Assembly (NCBI GenBank): GCA_026416715.1
Contig: JAOAEQ010000005.1
Coordinates: forward strand, 1,190-65,189
Reading direction: 5' to 3'
Source of the DNA: a bacterium
GTDB taxonomy: Bacteria; UBP4; UBA4092; JAOAEQ01
DNA length: 64,000 nucleotides
Each line of letters opens with the position of its first letter. Position 1 is the stretch's first letter. Of this stretch, positions 39,770-49,448 are shown one piece after another. The translations under genes and the position numbers were made by a program. Below the pieces are notes generated by a model. The model did no database searches. It had not been told where the DNA came from and saw only the letters and a program-made list of their open reading frames with translations.

Positions 39770-42700
39770 CTATTGGTTATTCTTTAAATATACTTTTAAT
39801 TTATTTGGTGGAAAAAACAATTCAATATCATCTACATATAATTGAACATTTCTCCCTCGAGTATTAATACCAAGATATACAATATGCATATTATCAATAT
39901 CCCAGCAATGAACATCATCAACTGATCTATAGGAAACAAATAAATCTGGATACACTCGAATATCACCACTAATATCCTTTTGTGATAATGCACGTTTTTT
40001 AGCAATTTGATAGAGGTCATTTATTTTTAATTCAATCCAATTGGAACTGATTGAATATGCTTGAGAACAAAACGCTTCGTTATGTTTTCCATTATAGGTA
40101 ACCGTAGCATTTAATTCTACCTTACTTTCGGTTGTTCCTCGTACAAAAAGACGAACTCCTATCGGACCGCGTAACGGTATGACAACCTCCTTACCCCAAT
40201 AATCTACCCAGCCTGGTATAGGATAGACTAAGTCAATCAGTTCACTTTTTTTACCCCGATGAGCATAGGTGGTTGAAAGGTAATGACCTATTATTTTTGA
40301 TTTATCACTCCAATGCCAATTTTTTAACTGCACCGCAGTAGCTGTTTCAAAAGTTTCGATTGGAACAGAGAGTTTCGCCAGGCGTTGAATCATTTTTAAA
40401 TCTCGGCATCCGTATTGAAATGCCTCGCTATATTTTAAGAGTGCATTTAGCATATCTTTTTGTTGATAAAATCTATCGCCGTCTTCCATGATTTGTTTTG
40501 CTTTTCTATCATTATCTATAGAAACTGATACAATAATATCCCGAATATCCTTATTGTTCATTGGCGTTACAGACCAAAGTAATCTTGGCAATAACGCTGG
40601 TAAACCAACAGTTTGCCCAACATTTATGGTATCTACAGTGGAAACTATTGTATATCCTATTGCATCCCACTTTGTTTTCTCATTCCATAAATAGCAATAA
40701 GCGATGAGTGTATCTTGTACGAAATGAGGTGGAATGGTCACTTTTGTGGTGAACTTTGCCTGATGATTTATGGTAATATTTTTTTGGATAACTAATTTCC
40801 CTTTTTCAGTCTTGATGATAACACTCCCTTTTGCAGGTCGTTTTCTATCCAGTGTTCCTGTAATTCGAATTTGAGGTTTAGATTTTATGGTCCGCGTTCC
40901 CTCTAATTGAACTATATCGTGAGGGAATGAAAGTTGTGTACCCGGATCACCTAACAAGACATAGGTAGCAGAAATATCAGGTAGTTTAATTTCTTGTTTC
41001 GCATTAATAAAAATATCACCAAGACGTCGAACATTCTTTTTAAACATCTGCGTGAACATTGCCCGGTCAAATGCATCGTTGGAAGAAACATAGCTTCGCC
41101 AAGTAGCGCTAATCACCGCTATCGCACCAGCGTTCGGTGTTTTTAGTAACACTTCACCAAGGCTATCATTATCAATATTATCAAAAACGCCGGTATAACA
41201 AGTTAAAGCGATTACTAATGGATATTTTCCATAGTTTTTCAATTGCAATATATTTTTTACTCCAAAAAAATCACGGTTATCTGGAACGACTTCTACTCCA
41301 TGTCGCTCTAAATCCATGCGACCGCTTTCCCAAACATATCCGCCGCCATGCCCAGTAAAATGAAGTATGATTCGTCCTTCGTTAATATTTTCAACAATAT
41401 CTTCCGTTCGATATTTATAATCCGGTGAACCACTTGATGGATATCTGCGATATACTTCATAATATGATGGCACATACGATTTCGCTAATTCTTCACTAAT
41501 CCCTTCAAACATCGGTTCTGGACTCGCTAAAAAGAATATCTTTTGACGCCATTGACCAAAGTTCGGCTTCTGTTCGTATTGAATAATTTTATTTACTACA
41601 TTAGTTACTTCTTCAATCGAATGCGCAGAAATCCTACCAATTGCCATTTCCGGTTTTGTTTCATCTTCGCCAACCGCGACAAACCAGTTATCTGACGCTG
41701 CTGCACCCATATATGTTGCCCAATAATACGTAGGAATATATAACCGAGCATGCGCTAGATTCATATTTCCGCGTAAATCAACACTAACATCACCGACGAG
41801 TAAAACATATCGCGGTCGTGGTTGCCAGTTGTAATAGGCATACTTGAGAAAAGACTTAATTGCTTTCGCATCAACTAATCCATAGTTGAAAGTATCATAA
41901 ACTTCTGATGTTTTGACACATTTTACCGTTAATCCGGTCTTCTTACGCCATGCTAACAACGGTTGAATTGCAGGATAAAAATCATCGTGCGTTATAACCA
42001 GATATTCCGCACCACTTGTATCTTGTGTTAAATCGTAATACATTATTTTTTCGATTTTAACCGGAGATTTTTTCTGCCTATCAGTTAGAGCAATGTAATG
42101 AACCGAACTCGATTCGTTATATAGTGTAAATTGTGCTTTAAAAGAACTTGAAGAATCAAGTGAACTTATTGTAATTGCAGGTATTATTACTTTCTTGTGA
42201 GTAATATCATATACATTAATATGTGGATTCGTAAACCCTCGAATTTCATGTTGGCTGGTAACTATATCATAGTTCATATTTATTGCGCTAAATACTAATT
42301 CATCGTTGGTTGCAATAAATGATTTCCAATAACTTAATTGAAATTGAACCATATAGATAACATCAATATCAGATGCTTGCCCAGTTGGATCACCAGATTT
42401 TCCAGGTAACGATATTTGCAATACATTATTCCCTGCCTTAAAAAAATTCATCGGAACCGTATTACATTGATAAGTATGTTTTGCCCGACCATACCACCGA
42501 GTTTCACCAACTCGATTTCCGTTTAATCCAATAACAACATAATGGTTTCCATACGAGACTCCTTGAAATACTATAGATAGTGAACAGAATAATGTTGGAG
42601 CTAAAATGGGATGGGTGATAGTAAACTGAAATGGATAATCATTCACCGGCGCAGCTATTTCCCGCCAATACCATAGATTTTGCTGCTCTTCTGTTTGTCC

Positions 42701-43228
42701 AGCAGCGGTTCGTGAATAAATAAAGGTTTCCTTACGAAATTGAGTATCTCTAAACATTGTTTTAGTCGAGAAAGAGATACTGGTTGCAAGCAAATGAGTT
42801 TGTTCTATATTCCAGCGTAATCCGGTTGATTTTCCCCAGGTTAAATAATAGACATTGGTATCAGAATATTCATCAGGTTCACCATCCGAATTACGATTTT
42901 TCTCGCCATAAAATTCAATATAATCATTGGTTCCATCTAAGGTATAGCGGGTTGTAAACTCAGCGCTACACAATATTGGGATTTCTCTCCCTCGATTCCA
43001 GAGCTGAATACTGTGAGGAGTAACCTGACTTAAATTACAACCGGCATCTGCTAAATCTCGATATCCGATTCGATAGATTCCATCTTCATCAATATAAATT
43101 TTACATAATTCGGTCGGACCCGACCCTACTCCATACAAACCCCAAGCTACTGAACACAGTAATAGCATTATTCCTATACCTACTAGTATTATTTTATTAG
43201 TTAAGCGCTCTCTTCTATATTGTTTCAT
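39770..43228 (-). CDS. Secreted C25-family (gingipain-like) cysteine peptidase homolog with C-terminal accessory domains
   Basis: 1152 aa; signal peptide; central region with candidate catalytic His (ILHFTGHGGG) and Cys (PLVIALTCYTG) in C25-like spacing; conserved YVLLVGD block; C-terminal about 180 aa shared with the TPR protein. Confidence 0.6.
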   Translation of the reverse strand: MKQYRRERLTNKIILVGIGIMLLLCSVAWGLYGVGSGPTELCKIYIDEDGIYRIGYRDLADAGCNLSQVTPHSIQLWNRGREIPILCSAEFTTRYTLDGTNDYIEFYGEKNRNSDGEPDEYSDTNVYYLTWGKSTGLRWNIEQTHLLATSISFSTKTMFRDTQFRKETFIYSRTAAGQTEEQQNLWYWREIAAPVNDYPFQFTITHPILAPTLFCSLSIVFQGVSYGNHYVVIGLNGNRVGETRWYGRAKHTYQCNTVPMNFFKAGNNVLQISLPGKSGDPTGQASDIDVIYMVQFQLSYWKSFIATNDELVFSAINMNYDIVTSQHEIRGFTNPHINVYDITHKKVIIPAITISSLDSSSSFKAQFTLYNESSSVHYIALTDRQKKSPVKIEKIMYYDLTQDTSGAEYLVITHDDFYPAIQPLLAWRKKTGLTVKCVKTSEVYDTFNYGLVDAKAIKSFLKYAYYNWQPRPRYVLLVGDVSVDLRGNMNLAHARLYIPTYYWATYMGAAASDNWFVAVGEDETKPEMAIGRISAHSIEEVTNVVNKIIQYEQKPNFGQWRQKIFFLASPEPMFEGISEELAKSYVPSYYEVYRRYPSSGSPDYKYRTEDIVENINEGRIILHFTGHGGGYVWESGRMDLERHGVEVVPDNRDFFGVKNILQLKNYGKYPLVIALTCYTGVFDNIDNDSLGEVLLKTPNAGAIAVISATWRSYVSSNDAFDRAMFTQMFKKNVRRLGDIFINAKQEIKLPDISATYVLLGDPGTQLSFPHDIVQLEGTRTIKSKPQIRITGTLDRKRPAKGSVIIKTEKGKLVIQKNITINHQAKFTTKVTIPPHFVQDTLIAYCYLWNEKTKWDAIGYTIVSTVDTINVGQTVGLPALLPRLLWSVTPMNNKDIRDIIVSVSIDNDRKAKQIMEDGDRFYQQKDMLNALLKYSEAFQYGCRDLKMIQRLAKLSVPIETFETATAVQLKNWHWSDKSKIIGHYLSTTYAHRGKKSELIDLVYPIPGWVDYWGKEVVIPLRGPIGVRLFVRGTTESKVELNATVTYNGKHNEAFCSQAYSISSNWIELKINDLYQIAKKRALSQKDISGDIRVYPDLFVSYRSVDDVHCWDIDNMHIVYLGINTRGRNVQLYVDDIELFFPPNKLKVYLKNNQ

Positions 43229-43240
43229 AAAATCGTCTTT

Positions 43241-45886
43241 CTACTCCTCTGTTTTTGGATCTGCCTCATTATAATGTGGTGTTACTGGAGCTACCAGTTC
43301 CCGAGCCGCAGCAAATCGTTTGCTATATTCATTCCATAAATTTATTGTTATGACTAACGGAATTGTTCGGTAAGCACCCGAGATAGCAAATTGTGCATTC
43401 CATTTCATTTGATTATTCGGTACCAAAAAGGAAGATATTAAATCACCTGATTGTGTCCGAAGCTGAATGATTCCTCGTGTAAACTCATTTGCCCACATTC
43501 CACTCCCATCGGTTACCGAAATTATTCCTAGGTCCGATGTGGTTGTTTCGATTCGTTCGATTTTACATGGTATCGGCTCTGGAATTGAGATTAGTAATCC
43601 AGGGTCACCTAATAAAGTATATAAATTATTTATCTCTTCGTTATTAACTTCTCGTTTAGCATCTAAAAATGCATCTCCGAGTCTTATTGGAGTAGTTGAT
43701 TGAAATATTCGACGTAAAAATGCTTTATCAAACATTTCAAAACTAGCTTGTGAAACTCGATAGGTACCTCCAACACAGGCAATTGCACCAGCTTTATCGA
43801 CTTTTAATAATGCTTCCCCTATTCCATCTGACCACATGGAATCAAATTCGTTTGCATAACAAGTCATCAAAATAACTAACGGATATTTCTTTTTATTTTG
43901 TAACTTGGTTATATGTCTTACACCGAAAAATCCGCGATCTTTATATCCGACAGTTTCGGGTTGTCCTTCTTCACCCGGTCGGCCAACATCCAAATGAAAC
44001 GGACTCGCATGACCAGTAAAATGAACCAACCAAGCTCCTTCATTAAACCATTCTATCACATTTTGCGGTGTAATAACTACCGATTCAATGGTTTCCGGCG
44101 TTGCATAGCGCGGTAAAGAATTCATCTGATTGGGTACAACATGTTTCATCAACTCAAGATTGATTTGGTCAGTCCATTCCCGTGGAGTTGCTAGAAATAA
44201 TACTGATTGACGCCAGGGACCAAATTCTGCTTGCAATTCATATTCCAAAATTTTATTGATTACCGCTTCTGTTTCTGATACCGAATGCGATGGGATTCGA
44301 CCTATTGCGAGTTCCGGTATCGAATCTTCTCCTTCTAAACAAACATACCAGTTATCACTAGCAGCATATCCCGCTGACGATGCAAAATAATGCATCGGGA
44401 TATATGTTCGCCCCTCAGCTAAATTTAAGCTTCCTTTCATATCCCAACTCGCATCCCCAACTAAGAGAACATATTTCAATCGGGGGGATTTCCAGTGGTG
44501 ATAAGCATAGAATAAAAAATCACGAATCGCTTGCGGATTGATTATTCCGAAATTAAATTCATTATAGATATCTTCAATATTAACGAGTTCAGCCAATAAC
44601 CCTTGTTGTTTTCGCAATTCGACTAAAGGCTTCAAAATTTCATTAAATTCTGATGGAGAAATAATGATATACTCTGCTGATATTTCAGGATTCCGCCATT
44701 TACCAATCCATTGTTTCTCTATTCGAAACGGGGTTTTAATCCGATTTTCAGTGCACGCGAAATAAGATTGCGGTAAATCGGCTTTTTCAGGTTCAAAATA
44801 GGCAAAATAAGTCGTTTGTTTTAACAAACCCAATTTGGGTATTACTATCGGTTCGTATTTAGTAGTATTAGAGAGATTATATATACAAATATTCGGGTAG
44901 GTAAAATTTTTTATTCGTAATCCGGAAGGAAAAGTATGCTGCAAATCTTTATCTGAGAGTTGAAATTGAATATCATTATTGGTTGCGACTAGCTGTTGCC
45001 AACAATCTATTTCAAACCAAGAAAGAAAAACTACATCGATTTCCGACGCTAAATGTTTCGGGTCGCCCTCTTTACCTGGCAACGATATTTCTAACGAATT
45101 ACTTCCGACCTTAAAATATCCTATTGGGACAGAATCATTGGTATAAAGGAACTCGGTTGCTCCATCCCATCGTATTTCACCGAGAGGATATCCATTTAAA
45201 GAAATCACGACATAGTGGTCTGGATTTTGCGGTAACCGCGATACACCAAAAAATTTTATACGAACGCTACACTGCTTTGTAGTATCGCTACTTAACGATG
45301 GAACCGTGAACAGTAATTTTTTCTTCGTTGGTGCAGCAAGTTCCATCCAAAACCATCGTTCAGCAGCATCAATATTTACCCAACGGGAATGGATGAATTT
45401 TTCTTCCCGATGAATCTTATTGAGATAATCTATTTCAGATTGTGCTTTGATAATGCCATTCCATTTTGACTGCGGTTTTCCAATTACCCTATACCACTGC
45501 GGAGATAAATTGGGATTTGTCCAATGTAAAAAGTAAACGTTCGTATCCGTATATTCATCATAGTAAGCTGTTGAACCACGATTGAATGTTCCATAGAATT
45601 CGAGATAATCATTTTTATTCCATTGACTTGATTTTGTGGTTCCCGCGGAAAAATATACTGGAATACATTTTCCTCTGTTAGTTAATCGAATTTTGGTTGG
45701 ATTGATTTCTAACGGATTAATTCCTGCATCAAGTAGATCGAAATAGGTTATTCGATACAGTCCATCTTCATCAACGAAAATTTTTACTACGTTTTCTAAA
45801 TTTGGCTGTTTCGCTGGTAGTCCTAAAATGAGACTAACTATAGATAAAAAAAACGACACAACAATTATACTGCGGTTTAATTTCAT
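43241..45886 (-). CDS. Secreted C25-family (gingipain-like) cysteine peptidase homolog, paralog of the upstream gene
   Basis: 881 aa; signal peptide; colinear with the 1152 aa paralog through the N-terminal domain and catalytic region (YVLLVGD, LVHFTGHASP, PLVILMTCYAN) but with a different, shorter C-terminus. Confidence 0.6.
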   Translation of the reverse strand: MKLNRSIIVVSFFLSIVSLILGLPAKQPNLENVVKIFVDEDGLYRITYFDLLDAGINPLEINPTKIRLTNRGKCIPVYFSAGTTKSSQWNKNDYLEFYGTFNRGSTAYYDEYTDTNVYFLHWTNPNLSPQWYRVIGKPQSKWNGIIKAQSEIDYLNKIHREEKFIHSRWVNIDAAERWFWMELAAPTKKKLLFTVPSLSSDTTKQCSVRIKFFGVSRLPQNPDHYVVISLNGYPLGEIRWDGATEFLYTNDSVPIGYFKVGSNSLEISLPGKEGDPKHLASEIDVVFLSWFEIDCWQQLVATNNDIQFQLSDKDLQHTFPSGLRIKNFTYPNICIYNLSNTTKYEPIVIPKLGLLKQTTYFAYFEPEKADLPQSYFACTENRIKTPFRIEKQWIGKWRNPEISAEYIIISPSEFNEILKPLVELRKQQGLLAELVNIEDIYNEFNFGIINPQAIRDFLFYAYHHWKSPRLKYVLLVGDASWDMKGSLNLAEGRTYIPMHYFASSAGYAASDNWYVCLEGEDSIPELAIGRIPSHSVSETEAVINKILEYELQAEFGPWRQSVLFLATPREWTDQINLELMKHVVPNQMNSLPRYATPETIESVVITPQNVIEWFNEGAWLVHFTGHASPFHLDVGRPGEEGQPETVGYKDRGFFGVRHITKLQNKKKYPLVILMTCYANEFDSMWSDGIGEALLKVDKAGAIACVGGTYRVSQASFEMFDKAFLRRIFQSTTPIRLGDAFLDAKREVNNEEINNLYTLLGDPGLLISIPEPIPCKIERIETTTSDLGIISVTDGSGMWANEFTRGIIQLRTQSGDLISSFLVPNNQMKWNAQFAISGAYRTIPLVITINLWNEYSKRFAAARELVAPVTPHYNEADPKTEE

Positions 45887-45964
45887 TTTTAAAAACTAAA
45901 AGTCAGAAGTAAGATGGTATTAGTCATAATAATCTGTTCTTTAAACTCTGCCATCTTATATCTT

Positions 45965-47062
45965 TTAGTGCCGTTCGATATCTAGTAAGTGTGGATTATT
46001 CATAAAATACTCAACGTTATCCTGCATAGATTTATTCAATGGAATCCGTGGTTTAAATCCTAACTCATTTTTTGCTTTTTCGAAATCGCATAGTAAAATA
46101 TCTACTTCAGCGGGACGATACCGACTCTTATCGATTGCAATTTCAACTTCCACGTCACAAGCTTTTGCTGCCAGTTTAACCAGATTCTCAATCGTTATCC
46201 CAAACCCATGACCAAGATTATACGGTTCGCCTCGTTTCGCTTTTTCTACCGCCAGGAGATATCCTTGGATAATATCACGGACATCCGAAAAATCTCGAAT
46301 CGGATTCGGATTACCAATGGTAACGGTTTTAGTTTTTCGTAATTTAGCGCGAGCGATCTGTCGGGCAACGACTGAAGTCACAAATTGGAGTCCGCGTCGC
46401 GGACCTTCGTGGTTAAATGTTCTCGTCAATACTACCGGAGTTCCAAACGCTTTATAATGACACTGGGCTATTAATTCTCCGGCTACCTTTGAAACCGCAT
46501 ATGGCGATTGTGGTCGTAACGGATTCGTTTCTTTAATCGGCACCTCGTTCGGATAAACCAATCCATATTCTTCTGAGGAGCAAGCGATATGAATTGCTTG
46601 AATATTTGCCCGGGTTTGACGACTTGCTTCTAACACGTTTGCGGTGCCAATAATATTAGTTTCATAGGTTTCTATCGGTGCACGAAACGAGGTCGGAACA
46701 AAACTCTGTGCCCCTAAATGAAACACCACCTCTGGTTGGGTTAAGTTAAACGCAGCGATGATTGAATTGATATCCGTTAGATTTCCTTCAACCAGCTGGA
46801 TTTGGTTTAAAGTTTTTGCAAGATTTGGATAATCCGGGACGCTATGCCGCCGAATTAGGCCATAGACATTACATTCTAATTCAAGGAGTTTTTCGACTAA
46901 ATGACCGCCAACAAATCCGGTTATTCCAGTGATAAAAACTCTTTTCCCTTTCCAGAATGTTTTATCAACTAAATCTTTCTGCATCTCCTGTTCATAATTC
47001 GGAAAATGTTTAAGGTATTCATCTAAATGTTCTGGATCAATCAAATATTTTTTATCAATCAT
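45965..47062 (-). CDS. gmd: GDP-mannose 4,6-dehydratase
   Basis: ITGITGFVGGHL Rossmann loop, SPYAVSK, FNHEGPRRG..FVT and GNPNPIRDF blocks match the GMD family. Confidence 0.7.
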   Translation of the reverse strand: MIDKKYLIDPEHLDEYLKHFPNYEQEMQKDLVDKTFWKGKRVFITGITGFVGGHLVEKLLELECNVYGLIRRHSVPDYPNLAKTLNQIQLVEGNLTDINSIIAAFNLTQPEVVFHLGAQSFVPTSFRAPIETYETNIIGTANVLEASRQTRANIQAIHIACSSEEYGLVYPNEVPIKETNPLRPQSPYAVSKVAGELIAQCHYKAFGTPVVLTRTFNHEGPRRGLQFVTSVVARQIARAKLRKTKTVTIGNPNPIRDFSDVRDIIQGYLLAVEKAKRGEPYNLGHGFGITIENLVKLAAKACDVEVEIAIDKSRYRPAEVDILLCDFEKAKNELGFKPRIPLNKSMQDNVEYFMNNPHLLDIERH

Positions 47063-47146
47063 ACGTTCTCCTTTTTAAAACCAAATTCGAATCATTAGAT
47101 TTAAATTATTTTCTAATAGTTTATTATGTTAAATATGGTTTTGGAC

Positions 47147-48088
47147 TTACGCTTTGGTTCTATAATACTCCAATAAATCAGATAATGTTTGGTGAAATGG
47201 AATTTGCGGGCTCCAGCCAGTCTGGTGCTTAAATTTTGAATTATCGCCAACTAAGATAGGTACATCTACCGGTCGAGTTCGATTCTGGTCTTGTACGATA
47301 TCGATTTTCTCTGTAGTCATAGAAAGTAATAAATTGAGAATTTCACGAACTGAATAACCCTGACCAGAACAGACATTATAAACCTCCCCTGCTTCACCTC
47401 TTTCCATTGCTAACCAATACGCTCTAACTATATCGCGAACATCAGTGAAATCTCGGCATGTATCTAGGTTACCTACCATAATCTGCCGATTTTGCTTATT
47501 TTTTTCAATATCTGCAATTTGTTTTGCAAAAGCTGGACAAACGAAATCCGGTTTCTGTCCGGGACCAGTATGATTAAATGCCCGAATTCGAATAATGGGC
47601 AACTGATAATTTAGATAATATTGATAAGCGACCATTTCCTGCCCGATTTTACTTACCGCATATGGAGTTAAAGGCCGAAACGGTTGACTTTCTTTAATTG
47701 GTAATTCTTCGGGAAACACTTTCCCATACTGGTCAGCGGAACAAGCGATGATAATTCGGCATTTGGGTAAGTTCGCTTGGCGTACCGCATCGAGAAGATT
47801 TACCGTCCCAACGATGTTGGTCATCAACGTTGCCGTTTGCTGCTGATATGATTCTGGTACATTGGTTCGCGCAGCGAGATGAAATATACCATCCGGCTGA
47901 ATTGTTGCAATAGTCTGCGCAACTTGGTCAGTATTCATCAAATCAACGGTATGTAAAATAATTCCAGGTAAATCACAAGAAACGGTCTGAATATCTAAAC
48001 CAAATAAAGATTCTTTTGTTTCAGAAATAATATATTGTGCTAGATGTTGGCCAACGAAACCATTTATTCCGGTAATTATTAGTTTCAT
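47147..48088 (-). CDS. GDP-4-keto-6-deoxy-D-mannose reductase-like SDR (Rmd-like)
   Basis: TGINGFVGQHL, TPYAVSK, FNHTGPGQ and VGNLDTCRDFTDVRD blocks resemble Rmd-type reductases; adjacent to gmd. Confidence 0.55.
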   Translation of the reverse strand: MKLIITGINGFVGQHLAQYIISETKESLFGLDIQTVSCDLPGIILHTVDLMNTDQVAQTIATIQPDGIFHLAARTNVPESYQQQTATLMTNIVGTVNLLDAVRQANLPKCRIIIACSADQYGKVFPEELPIKESQPFRPLTPYAVSKIGQEMVAYQYYLNYQLPIIRIRAFNHTGPGQKPDFVCPAFAKQIADIEKNKQNRQIMVGNLDTCRDFTDVRDIVRAYWLAMERGEAGEVYNVCSGQGYSVREILNLLLSMTTEKIDIVQDQNRTRPVDVPILVGDNSKFKHQTGWSPQIPFHQTLSDLLEYYRTKA

Positions 48089-48323
48089 ATATATTCATGT
48101 AGATTATAGCACGAAACATTAAGACAGCTAAATAGCACTAATAGTTCATTCACCAGAACCAAACGCGATATCTCCCGAGAAGAGAATACGTTAACAATAT
48201 TTGAAGCTGGGTTTTAGCAACATAAGCCCTTATATTTTCCATTAATATAAATTTTTAAATTGTATTATCTTCATGCTATTATAGTTAATTGAAGTAAACA
48301 TATATTTTTTATAGATTTTTTAC

Positions 48324-49448
48324 ATGAAACTCCTCATTCGTAGTATTTTGCGCGAATTTATTTCTATAACTTTTCTCGTATTATTTCTTTTCACTGCGGT
48401 TTTTATAATCTTTGCTACCAAACGAATTTTCGATGTAATTGATTTAATTTTCAATCGCGACGTCGGTCTTTTAACGATACTCAAAATTTTCGGGTTACTT
48501 CTTCCGTATGTTACAAGTTTAACCCTACCGATATCATTATTAGTTGCTGGATTAGTGGTGTTCGGGAGACTAGTTCTAGATCGGGAATGGTTAGCATTTC
48601 AAACTAGTGGAATTAGTCCTGGTTCAGTGATTGTGCCGCTACTCATTTTGGGGATAATCCTCAGCGGGGGACTAATGTATTCGGCAGAGTACGTCGTCCC
48701 AAAATGTTATCGACAGGCACGGCATCTAATATATAACGCAGTAAATAATATTACGGTTACGCTTAAAGAGAACACCTTTAATCCAATAGGAAATAATGTC
48801 GTCCTGTACTATCGAACGAAAACCGAAGCTGACGGAATAATGCACAATATTATTGTTCTTTATTCAGAAGAGAAAAAGTTACGCCGCTTATTCCTAGCGC
48901 CCCGCGGCAAAGTATCAGTTGATCCAAAGCTAGGATTGATTCGATTAACGTTAGAACATGGTATGTATCATGAAACCGTACCAACTGATTCCACAGTCTA
49001 TTATATCGGTCAGTTTACAAAATATGAGCAAAACATCGCTTTTACCGAGTTACTTGCTCAGACGGAAAAACTACAGCTTGGTCCGAAAGAAATGCAACGG
49101 GTTGAATTAATAACCGAGATTAATAACCGAAAAGCAAAGAATCTCCCTACAGAACGACTGGAATACGAACTCGCACAACGGCCAGCAAAATCGTTCGGCG
49201 CGTTTATCTTCGTTCTACTTGGAATCCCGCTTGGGATATTCTGGCCACGTTTTGGTAAATCGTTAGGAATGGCAATTGAACTTGGCTTTGCATTATGTAT
49301 ACCTTATTTCTATTATGCAATAATGACATTGGGGGAAGATTTGGCTCGCGGGAAGATTATCCCATTTTGGTTCGGAGCATGGCTACCGAATATGACAATG
49401 GGTATAATTGGGTTAATTCTTTTATTCCAGAGCTGTCGACAGAAATGA
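48324..49448 (+). CDS. LptF/LptG-family (YjgP/YjgQ) lipopolysaccharide export permease
   Basis: 374 aa; N-terminal MKLLIRSILREFISITFLVLFLFTAVF typical of the LptF/G family; TM helices flank a periplasmic domain; stop overlaps lptD start. Confidence 0.75.
   Translation: MKLLIRSILREFISITFLVLFLFTAVFIIFATKRIFDVIDLIFNRDVGLLTILKIFGLLLPYVTSLTLPISLLVAGLVVFGRLVLDREWLAFQTSGISPGSVIVPLLILGIILSGGLMYSAEYVVPKCYRQARHLIYNAVNNITVTLKENTFNPIGNNVVLYYRTKTEADGIMHNIIVLYSEEKKLRRLFLAPRGKVSVDPKLGLIRLTLEHGMYHETVPTDSTVYYIGQFTKYEQNIAFTELLAQTEKLQLGPKEMQRVELITEINNRKAKNLPTERLEYELAQRPAKSFGAFIFVLLGIPLGIFWPRFGKSLGMAIELGFALCIPYFYYAIMTLGEDLARGKIIPFWFGAWLPNMTMGIIGLILLFQSCRQK

Noticed and set aside
39770-45886. Type IX secretion (Bacteroidota-style) cargo status for the C25-like proteins
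   Set aside because: I did not recognise a T9SS C-terminal sorting domain and no T9SS component genes are in the window; the C25 similarity alone does not support a T9SS call.
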